A stretch of DNA of 63,652 bases, counting the filler, from Thraustochytrium aureum (lineage: Eukaryota), in NCBI GenBank assembly GCA_012862495.1. It is 4 parts of 2 records of this genome, joined end to end, with 100 filler letters (N's around TTAATTAATTAA, not from the genome) between each part and the next. Parts side by side here need not be neighbours in the genome. Positions count along the whole stretch, not along the records: positions 23,323 to 34,550 come from BLSG01000314.1; positions 34,651 to 49,736 come from BLSG01000314.1; 2 more parts are not named here. One strand, written 5' to 3'. Shown here in pieces: positions 25,564-35,900 of the stretch (positions are counted from its first letter, which is position 1; every line of letters starts with the position of its first letter). Made by a program: the position numbers and the translations under genes. The notes below the pieces were generated by a model. That model was given only the letters and a program-made list of their open reading frames with translations, was not told where the DNA came from and did not search any database.

Positions 25564-28500
25564 TTACGAGGACGGCGGCGGCGGCGGCGGCGGCGCACGG
25601 CGCTGCGCGATTTGGTTCATCGACAGCGTCTGGCCTGTGTAAGGGTTGTACACGTAACCGTTCCCGAGCGGGCGCCACATGTCGCCAAGCTCGGCTGGGT
25701 TCGCCCGCTGCTGCTGCTGCTGTTGCTGCTGTTGCGGCGGCAACGGCGCGGCGCGCCCGAAGCGCCTTGAAAGCATGACTGGACGAGTGGGGGGCGGCGG
25801 GCGACTGGGCGGGAAGGTGCCGCTTTGACGGTTGGACGCGCGCTTGAGCGACATGCGCTGGATGCTCGAGTGCTGCATCCGCAGGGCCGCGGGCACAGAC
25901 CCCTGCATGTTGGCTGCAGGACGGTTAAAGTTCGGGCGCGCCGGGCGCGCAGGACGCGCCGGGCGGCTCGGCGGGAGTTGCTGCACTCTGGGGCCCCCGG
26001 AGAAGTCGTCAAAGCCTGAGATGCGCCTTTCACCGCCGACGTTGGCCTCCGCGACCTCCTCGATGAGCTCGTCGCGCAGGTCGAGAAAGGAGCGAGCGCG
26101 CACAGCGTGATACGCGTCCACCTTTTGCCAGTAGGCATAGACGCGGAGAAAGCGCATTACACGAACGATTCCTGCCAGGACGAGCTGGATCGTAAACTCG
26201 GCGGCGGTGCCAGTAGCCTGGAACACGAGCGCGACGTCCACGATGAGCGTGAGCGCGCCCACGGCATCGTATCCACCAGCCCAGGTGCAGTCGAGCTTGC
26301 CGTCCAGCGTAGTGGGGATGAGCGCGAAGAGCTGGTAGAAGAAGAAGAGCACGTAGATTCCCGAGACCATCGCACTCGTGACCGCAAGCGCGATCGGCAC
26401 AACCACGACATCTGACGGGGACGTGGAAGTCAGCTCAAACTCAAACTCGCACAGGTACGCGCTCGAGTAAAAGTCGACCAGGAAGAACAGGAAAAACAGG
26501 TTGCGGTCAAGCAGGATGGCGGAGAGTCGAGACTGCACAAAGCTGAGCTTGACCTCCTCGTCAGCATAGTAAGCCATCTCCACCTCCGGCAGGCCGTGGA
26601 GGGCGAGCTTGGTGCGCCGGGGCTCAGATTGAACGCGGACACGCTGCCAGCTGCGCCCTGTCGGCCGCCAAGGTTTGGCGTGGAGCGCGGGGTCCCCGCA
26701 GTCATGGACGAGTCGCTGCGGTTCAAGCCCGACTCTTGGCGCTTCATGGTGGGCGTCTGGGCCTCGAGCATCGCGTTCATCGTGTTCTTCCCACTGCCCC
26801 CAGCGCCAGAGCCTTGGCGGAGGAGGGGTGTGCGGCCTCCAGCAGGCGAGCCAGCCTTGCTCTTCTCCGCGTCGTCCGAGACTCGGTTCAACGTGTTGCC
26901 GCGGTTGAGCACGTAGCGGAGGTAAAAGTCGAGAACGGCGAGCCCACGAAACACCACGACAAAAATCACGAGGACCAGAATGCAAATGTACACATTGCGG
27001 TCGTCGTACGAGAGCGTCTGGATGATCACGTCGCCGGTGCGGGCCGCCCTCTCCAGGACAGAGGCTTTCTCAACGGGCACGACGAACCCGGAGAGGTCGT
27101 TGATGATGGTGCCCACGAACGACCAGTAGGTGACCATAATGTAGGGCACCCACGACAAGTAATCGGGAATGTCGTCCAGCTTGATGATGAAGCCGTTGAA
27201 GAGAGCGCCGAGGCCCAGCAGGCCGATCTGCAGCATGGCCGCCGTCCGCAAGTCGTCGCGGTCCACCTCGATGAAAACGTTCTGGCAGAGCACAACGAAG
27301 GAGGTCAGCACCATGATGAGCATGTACAGCCCGAACCGCTCTATGGCGGGATTCATCCCGCCAACCCAGTAAACGGGGGCCGCAAAAGCAATGCCTTCGA
27401 CCGAGGACGCCACGCAGTCGCGCAGAAACTGGCTGATCAGGAACGCGACCCAGCTCCTGAAGGTCCCCGCGTCCGTCTCGTGGTCGTACATCTGCTTCTC
27501 GCCGAGGTACCGATCCCCCAAGAACGTGCCTTGCAGGAAGGTCATCGTGGCCACAACGAGGTACGCAAGCGCCGTGCGCGAGGTGTACGTGTCCGTGCCG
27601 ATGAAAACGATCCCGACGAGGGTGCCGCCCACGAGCGCGAGCGAGGTGGTGGTCATCAAGTCAAACCCGCCCCGGCGAAACGACCTTGACATGAGCACCC
27701 AGGAAAGCATCGCCGAGGAGGAGGATTCAGACCAGGACCAGCGCCCTTCAGCGAGCGAGTTCTCCACGAGGACCTCTTTCAGGTTTGTGATGAGCTCGGT
27801 CGTGAGCTCGGTGGCCTCTGCCTCCATTTCCTCGCGCACGGCGTCCCCCAGCGGGCCGTTCGCGTACGCAGACTCAAAGTCCTTGATACGCGCAGGCTCG
27901 CAGGTCTGGAGCACGTCAAGGATGTCGTTTGCGATGTTGGTCGAGTTGGCCGGCAGGCGAAAGTGCATCGCGGCCGCCTCAGCGGCGCCCGAGAACACCA
28001 CGCGGCCCTGCACGAGGAAGCTCAGGCTGTCGAGGTGGCTAAAGATCTCCTTGCGCGGTTGGTGGATGGTCATGAGCACGTTGACGCCGCCCTCGTGCGC
28101 AAAGGTGTGCAGCGCCTTGACGAGGAGCAGGGCGTTGGTGGAATCCAGACCGGATGTGGGCTCGTCCAAGAGGAGCACGGCCGGCATCTTGAGCAGTTGC
28201 GTCGCCACAGAGACGCGGCGGCGCTGACCGCCAGAGATGCCGCCCTCCACGGTGATTCCACCGTCGCCGCACTGCGTGTCGCCGCATTCGTCCAGCTCGA
28301 GGAGCCGCATGACCTGCCACACCCGGCGCAGCTTTGCCTCCGCGGACATGTACTGCGGAAGCATGAGCCAGGCCGCGTGCACGAGGTGCTCGCGCACCGT
28401 GAGCAGCGGGAAGAGGACGTCGCTCTGCCGGACGTAGCTGGAGTTGTGGCGCATCCACTCGCGCAGGAACTTGCAGCTCGCCGAGTCGGACGGGACGCCG

Positions 28501-30523
28501 TTGATGTAGTGGGCGCCAGAGATGTTGCCGCTGTCGCGCGTCAAGGCGAGGATGTCGAGCAAGGTCGACTTGCCGCTGCCAGACGGGCCCATGATGGCGT
28601 GCACACGGCCAGGCGCAAAGGTGAGGTCGACAGACTCGAGGATCTTGAACGGCTTGCCGCGGCGCGTCTTGGCCGGCGCCCAGTAGCTGAGACCCTCCAC
28701 CATGAGGTGGATCTNNNNNNNNNNNNNNNNNNNNNNNNNNNNNNNNNNNNNNNNNNNNNNNNNNNNNNNNNNNNNNNNNNNNNNNNNNNNNNNNNNNNNN
28801 NNNNNNNNNNNNNNNNNNNNNNNNNNNNNNNNNNNNNNNNNNNNNNNNNNNNNNNNNNNNNNNNNNNNNNNNNNNNAAAACAGCACGAGAACCGAAAGGC
28901 CGTACCCGATCGTCAAAAACTCCCAGCACTTTGTTCCCAAAGTCTCGATCTGGCCAGCCTGGTAGGGAATGATCTTGGTCGTGCACTCGGTGTTGCACAG
29001 AAACGAGCCGCACTCATCCGCAAGCAGGTTGCCTCGCGTCTCGAAGCTGCTCGAGTTGGTGCCGTCCGATTCAATGAACGCGACTATGCTCTCGCGCACG
29101 GAGACCCCGTTCACTCTGACGTTCTCCCACACGTCTTGGTTGCGCTGGAACTGCACGGACCCGAACGTGCCGATCTGCTCCGTCCGCGGGTCGACGGTGT
29201 GGATCGAGGTCGGCACGATGTAGCCGTGCTGCCCGCACGCAGTCGCGTAAAAGTGGTGCTCGTCGCTAGAGCCGCGAACGGCTGCCGCGCGCTCCATATC
29301 GCTCCGCACCATCTCCCCATAGGTCTCGATATACGAGATTGCAGCAGACGCGTACGCAGCGGTGTCCACAAAGTCTTCGTGGCATCTTCCTCCAAAAGGC
29401 CCAGCGACTCGAGCTGGACAAGGTCGTAGAGCGACTGCACGAACAGAAGCGACTCGTTTTTCATGTGCGTGATCAAGTTGCTGGGGAACAAGCAGTTGTG
29501 CCGGCGGTCGCCTTTGCTCGCCTCGCTCGAGCCCCACCTTGCGAGGCAGTCCGGGTTGAGCCGCGCCGTGGGGAGCCAGTCCGCGCTTTCCTTCACCAGA
29601 AAGTTCTCGAACGCGAGGACCTGCTCCACGGGTTCGTCTGCAACCGCGAAGGCCTCGGTGTTGTAGAACCAGGCCGAGTCAAGCACAGAAAGCACCTTGC
29701 GTGGGACAGTGTCTGCCTGGCCCGTGAGCTCGGCATGGACCGAGCTTAGAATAGACTTGATCTCGTCCAGGTTATTGAGGAGCCCCACCGCGCCGCCGCG
29801 GGTGCCACCAATCACGATCCTGCGCGCGTACGTGAGATTGTGGGCAACTGCGAGGTCCAGGAGGACAGTCCGCAATGCCAAGTTGCCGCGGTGCCGCGAG
29901 GCGGCCTTCCCACCGACTGCATCGGGTGAGGTTCCGCGCCCCAGCCACCAGTCCAGCGTGCATGCTGGTATGAAGACGCGTTTGAATTTTTGGAAGAAGG
30001 GGTCATCGTGGCAAAGCAACGTCTGCGGGGTGACCTCGTCGAACGACGAGTACCAGCTGCTCGTGCAGGTCACGCGCGAGTAGAGGCATCGCGCCGTGGC
30101 CTCGTTGATCTCGTCCTCGGAGAGACCGCCGTTGATGTTGTTGTTCCTCACGTCTTTGCAAACTTCGCCAGAGAATTCCGCGTCCGTCCTATTGGTGCCC
30201 TCGCACAGTTGCGTGCACTTGTCCCCTGAGCAGATGTCGGAGTCGCCAAGCCAGATGATAAAGTCCAGCTCGTAATTCTCCGGCCGCAGAACGAGGCCGT
30301 CGCGGATGTCGTCTCCGGGCTCGTCGTAATAGTAGGCCACTTCCGACCCGTCCGCGCAAGTCCCGCTGGACGTGTACCCTGTCAGCCCTTCCGCGGCGGA
30401 CACGTTCGGAAACGTGAGCTTGAGCTTTTCTTTTGCCGTGCAGGCAGCGGCCTCGCCTCGCTCGCCGCCGAGCGCCACGATGGCGCCAGCGGCGGCAGCA
30501 ACGAGCGCCACGACCTTCCTCAT
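25564..30523 (-). CDS. Fusion protein: signal peptide, Notum/pectin acetylesterase-like ectodomain, TM, ABCG half-transporter, voltage-sensor-like domain, Pro/Gln-rich tail; frameshifts ~29382 and ~26620, one gap
   Basis: PAE-like motifs: CADGSEVAYYY, VFIPACTLDWWLG, HRGNLALRTVLLDL, QSLYDLVQL, CGQHG. ABC motifs: GPSGSGKST, ISGGQRRR, LLLDEPTSGLD, TIHQP, plus a 6-TM ABCG domain. S4-like GIVRVMRFLRVY. Confidence 0.75.
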
Positions 30524-31959
30524 CCTCACCTCGAGCACCTTCGCGGGCGGTCCGCAGCGGCCTCTCGTCGCGCAGCGGTCCTCAGGCCGAGCGCGCGCGC
30601 GCGCGTGCAAGCCTATCAAGTTGGCGGCGCCTGCAGCGCTCCGGGACACCGCTCTCGAGCCCAGGCCGTGGCGACCTGCCGGAATGCACGGGCGCCCGCT
30701 CGAGCTTTCGGGGTCTGCTGCTCGTGCTCTGCTACCGCTGCGAGTCCTACGGCGGTCCAGCAACAAACAGCAAANNNNNNNNNNNNNNNNNNNNNNNNNN
30801 NNNNNNNNNNNNNNNNNNNNNNNNNNNNNNNNNNNNNNNNNNNNNNNNNNNNNNNNNNNNNNNNNNNNNNNNNNNNNNNNNNNNNNNNNNNNNNNNNNNN
30901 NNNNNNNNNNNNNNNNNNNNNNNNNNNNNNNNNNNNNNNNNNNNNNNNNNNNNNNNNNNNNNNNNNNNNNNNNNNNNNNNNNNNNNNNNNNNNNNNNNNN
31001 NNNNNNNNNNNNNNNNNNNNNACAACAAAAAAAAAAAGAGAAAAAAGGAAAAGGACTTGGACACTTTCTTCCTCTCTCCCATGATAACTTGCAAAAAAGG
31101 AAAAGGTAAGCAATCAATTGTAAGCAGTCCTGCGTAAGTACCGGCCTCTGCGAAGTACTCACCTTGGCTGGGGATGAACTCAAGTCGGCGCATCTCCTTG
31201 CGCCTGATTGCGCTCACACGAGATTTTTTTAACTTTTTATCTTTTTTCAATTTGGTGAAAACGATAGGCTCGAGGGGAGTGCAGCAAGGTTTCGGACCCG
31301 ACGCCACGGAGAGGGGATAGGCGCCTCCTCCTCACAGAGCCGGCATCAACGCAACCCTCCAGTGCGCGGCAGTGTCCCGGGCTGCCGCCTCACATGCGGC
31401 GCGCGGAAGTATCCCGCGGCCTCCTGCTCGCGAGTGAGAACTGCGTAAGATTCCAGTGGGAACCGCTCGCGCGGCTGGGAGGGCGGTGGGTGGTAAGTAC
31501 GACCGACCCTCTGCCGTAAGTGTGTAAGAAGTGCACGCCCACCCCATCATGGCGCCCGCAGGAATGAGAGAGTAAGTACTCGCTTCTTCTTCTTCTCTCC
31601 ACGCACAGCGAGCGGTGCGAGAGAACCGGGTCCAAAACCCGCCGAAGAACAGCGAGCAGCTCGCGAGCAATCTCGGGCTCGCTCTGTGCCTCGCCCCCCG
31701 TGGCAGGCGGTCGTGCGGCACTGTTCCGTTCGTGGGGGAAAACGGCCCCTGCACCTTGGCGCGCGGCGGGCGATAGGCGGAGGAGGCGGTGAGGCGGGCG
31801 AGTGGGCGGTTAATGTGCGGCGGGGCGCGCGAGTGGGCGCAGCAGCCTGCCTGCACACGTGCGTTTGATTGATTGATTGACTGATTGTTGAGCGAAAAAA
31901 TAAACACTCACTTGCTTGTTTTCGGCGTGTTGCACAGCCAGTGCGACAGTGCGCGAAAG

Positions 31960-32200
31960 CACGCGAGCAAGAAAGCACCGAGCACGCGATCGAGCAAGCG
32001 CGCCAGCGATCGAGCACGTGATCGAGCAAGCACGAAGCAAGCGAGGGATCGATCGAGCAAGTGAGCAAGACAGCCAGCGTGCGATCGAGCAAGCACGCCA
32101 GCGATCGTGCACGTGATCGAGCAAGCACGAAGCGGTCGAGCAAGCAAGCCAGCACGGAGCAAGCCAGCGACTGAGCGAGCGAGCACTTTATCGAGCAGAC
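31960..32200. repeat. Degenerate GATCGAGCAAGC tandem repeat containing a ~50-bp duplication
   Basis: gcgatcgagcaagc(g/a)cgccagcgatcg(a/t)gcacgtgatcgagcaagcacgaagc occurs at ~31986-32038 and ~32081-32133, with further TCGAGCA copies around it. Confidence 0.8.
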
Positions 32201-32328
32201 CCGAAGACTCGGGCGTGCGGGCGCTGGCAGCTGCCGGGCACCACGGCAGCGAGTCGTGACTGGGCGCGGGCGCTCGGCCGACGGCCGGCCTTGACAGAGG
32301 GCCTGGCGCAAGACGCTTGGCGAACGAG

Positions 32329-35300
32329 ATGGCCGCCCGCGGCAAGGGCAAGCTCGACTACAAGCGCGTGATCACGGAGTTTTACAAGCAGTATGCGCCA
32401 GAAAAGGTGCGCGAGGTTGGCAATGTGCTGAGCCATTTTCGCGGCAGAGAGCGCGACCTCATCGGCACGCTAGAGGAAAAGTACAAGGTCGTGTTCAAGC
32501 GCGACGGCACGTTTGTGCGACGCGAAGAGGAAGAAGACGGCCTTGAATCGGAGTACACGTCCTACAACTCTGACGACGACCTCGACGGCACCTCCGAGAC
32601 GGAGGACGACGAAGACGACGACGAGGGCGAGCTGGACTTTGACGGTCTTGGTGTCACCAAGGAGGAGTTCGAGTTCTCGTTCAAGAGCGAGCGCGAGAAG
32701 GCAGCCGACATCGCACGCGCCGCCGCCAGAATCGTAAAGTCCAGGCCGCCCCCGACAAGCAGCACAAGCAACAAAGGCATGGACAAGTCCCAGAGGCCCA
32801 CGTCCAAGAAGCTCGCCGCGAAGAGCGACAAGGAGGCCAAGCGCAGCTCCGCCAAGAAAGAGGCCAAGCGCAGCTCCGCCAGCAAGGAGGCCAAGCGCAG
32901 CTCCACCGAAAAGAGCAAACGGAGCTCCAAGCGGGCCTCGTTCGACCTGTCGCGCTTCATACCAGACCGGTTCAACAAGAATCGCGACGNNNNNNNNNNN
33001 NNNNNNNNNNNNNNNNNNNNNNNNNNNNNNNNNNNNNNNNNNNNNNNNNNNNNNNNNNNNNNNNNNNNNNNNNNNNNNNNNNNNNNNNNNNNNNNNNNNN
33101 NNNNNNNNNNNNNNNNNNNNNNNNNNNNNNNNNNNNGACCGTCCCCGACGCCGTCCGCGAAAAGCAAGACCTCCTCGCCAAAAAGGGCGTGCCGGTCTGG
33201 GTCCCCGACGAAGGCGAGGCTTGGGTCCGTGGCAGAGTCGCCAGCGACACCCCTGGAAAGGGCGGCCTGATTTCCGTCAAGCTCGAGACGCCCCGCAACA
33301 AGACCGTGACCGTGGACCCGCGCGACGCGGAGCCCGTGCTCGCCGCGCCAGAGCACCTCGTTGCTGTCAACGACCTCACCAAGCTCCCGGCGCTGCACGA
33401 GCCCGCGCTGCTCGAAGCCCTCGACGTGCGGTTCAGGAAGGACCTGATTTACACGTTCACGGGGCCCATCCTGCTCGCAGTCAACCCGTTCAAGTCGGTA
33501 AGTCTGTACGGCACCAAGCAAGCCAAGCGGTACATGGAGGCCGCGCGCGGGTTTGAAGCAAGCGCGAGCGGGGCCCTCCACGCCGTGAGCCTGCCTCCGC
33601 ACGCGTACAAGCTCGCAGACGACGCCTTCCGCGCGATGCTCGACGACGGCGGTGCCAACCAGAGCATCCTGGTCAGTGGCGAGTCGGGGGCGGGCAAGAC
33701 CGAGACTGCCAAAATCGTCCTGCAGTACCTCTCGTACGCGAGCTCGGTAGGGCGCAAGAAGAAGGCCTATGTGGCCGACCGCGTGCTGCAGGCCAACCCC
33801 GTGCTCGAGGCGTTTGGGAACGCCAAGACGCTGCGCAACGACAACTCGAGCCGATTCGGCAAGCTGATTCAGGTCCAGTTTGACAAGAACAAGGCGGCCA
33901 TGACCGGCGCCTACATCGAGTCCTACCTCTTGGAGAAGGCGCGCGTCGTGCACCAAGCCGACGGCGAGCGCAACTACCATATCTTTTACGAGCTCGCCGC
34001 CGGGGCTAGCCCAGACCAAAAGCGCCGCTGGAGCTTTCCCTCGCTCAAGCGCTCACGCTACACTGGCCGGAGCCGCGCCATGGTGCGTAGCGACATCGAC
34101 GACCTCGCCCAATTCCAAGCGACCTTGACCGGGATGCAGGTGCTCAACTTTGCGCCAGCCGACATCGAGCGCGTGTTCCGCACCGTCGCGGCCGTGCTGC
34201 ACCTTGGCAACGTCGAGTTCGCCGAGCGCACAAACAAGCACGGCGAGGCGGCCGCCAAGGTGGCCAACGCCGCGGAATCCCTTGACCTAGCCGCAGACCT
34301 TCTCGTGGTGAAACCGGAGGACCTCGCTAAAGTCCTCACTTCCCGCACGATCCGCGTATCGGGCTCGGAGACTGTCAGCAAGCCGCTGTCGGTCCAGGCC
34401 GCCGGCGACGCCCGCGACGCGCTCGCCATGAACCTCTACGAGCGCCTGTTTGGGTGGATAGTCTGGCGCACCAATCTTAGCATCGGCATGGACGACAAGC
34501 AGTACGAAGCCATGCTGGCCCGCCAGGAGCAAAAGCGCAAGTACCAGGAGNNNNNNNNNNNNNNNNNNNNNNNNNNNNNNNNNNNNNNNNNNNNTTAATT
34601 AATTAANNNNNNNNNNNNNNNNNNNNNNNNNNNNNNNNNNNNNNNNNNNNACGCGCGCCGGGTACCCGTCGCGGTTTGCGATCCCCAGCTTCCTCGAGCG
34701 ATTCGCCGTTCTGAGCTATGGCCTGCGCAGCGCGGCCAAAAAGGCCTCTGCCTTGGCCAAGAGCGGCGACCAGAAAGCCCAGCTGCGTGCCTGCCAGAAG
34801 ATCTGCGACAACGCCAAGCTCAAGTTTGGCGAAGACTTCCAGATCGGCCGCACCAAGGTCTTTCTGCGCCAGTCCACCCTCGCGTACCTCGAGATGAAGA
34901 AAGCGGAGCGCACGTTCGACTGTGTCGTGACCATCCAGCGCGCATTCCGCCGCTTTCGCGGCGAGTTCCGCCAGCGCTACCACGCCGTCGTGATCCAGCG
35001 CAACGTCCGCGGGTGGCTCGTTCGCCGGGACGTGCGCGATGTTCTGGACCAGCGCGCCATCGCGGCAGAGATCATCCAGACCAACCCGCACTTTCAGCGC
35101 TGGCTCGACTATGTCATGCGCAAGTCCCGCGCAGAGCGCCGCAAGCGCCGCAAGCGCCGCATGGCGGCGTGGCGGCCGCCCAAGTGGTACGTCAATAACC
35201 GCGAGCTGGTTTGGTGGGCCGTGCCCGCGTTGCTGGTCTATTTCGTTCCGGCGTTTGTGTTTGCGTTTCTGCGCTTCGTGTTTGCGAGCCCGACACTGGT

Positions 35301-35715
35301 GCTCCTACTCGTACTCGCGGTTGCAGGGTTTGCCTCGGGCGCCTTCGGGGCTCAATTCGCCAGCACGATCATGCGCTCTGTGCAGGCCCGCGCTGCGCCG
35401 AAACGGCGGCGCGCGCCGCCCGCGAGCGCCAAGCCACAGCTCAGCACCGTGGCCAAGCAACTCCAAGTCAAGACGCGGACCCCGCGCAAGCACAAGCCCT
35501 CGCGCACCATTGGGCGACGCCAGTCGAGCGCTGCAACCCCGAAACGCGTTGTCGTTTCGGCGCCCGCGGTGTCGGACAAGTTTACGAAGCGCGCGGCCAG
35601 CTTGCGTAAGGAGAAAGCGCGCAAGGCAGACTCGCGCAAGTCGCAGGTCTTCGAGATGCCCGTGCCGAGCGTCTCCAAGTTTCGGGGCCTTGCGAGCAGG
35701 ACCAAGCGGCGCTAG
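32329..35715 (+). CDS. Myosin with an N-terminal extension, IQ motifs and a hydrophobic (TM) tail; interrupted by a gap and a spacer
   Basis: DLTKLPALHEP, IYTFTGPILLAVNP, GESGAGKTE, EAFGNAKTLRNDNSSRFGK, ERNYHIFY. After the spacer: RAGYPSR, FQIGRTKVFLR, IQRAFR, IQRNVRGWLVRR. Confidence 0.85.
34551..34650. other. Artificial contig-join spacer inside the myosin motor
   Basis: N44-TTAATTAATTAA-N44. The motor segment from switch II to the SH helices is missing, so the true gap is longer than 100 nt. Confidence 0.95.
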
Positions 35716-35739
35716 GGTGTTGCTCGAGTCGCCACTTTT

Positions 35740-35799
35740 CGTGAAGCCTCGCGAGCAACTCCTCGTGAAGCCTCGCAAGCAACTTCTCGTGAAGCCTCA
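35740..35799. repeat. 24-bp tandem repeat (about 2.5 copies) between convergent genes
   Basis: cgtgaagcctcgcgagcaactcct / cgtgaagcctcgcaagcaacttct / cgtgaagcctca. Confidence 0.8.
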
Positions 35800-35900
35800 A
35801 CTTGTTTTGATTGACGCGAACTTCCCAAATGTATGCTCTCGTTTTGTTGTCAGTGCAGAGGGCGGGCGCGCAGAGATGGCTGCAAGGCTCGCCCAAACGG

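Noticed and set aside
31960..32200. CRISPR-like array
   Set aside because: Repeats are short, degenerate and adjacent, with no unique spacers and no cas genes, in a eukaryotic context.
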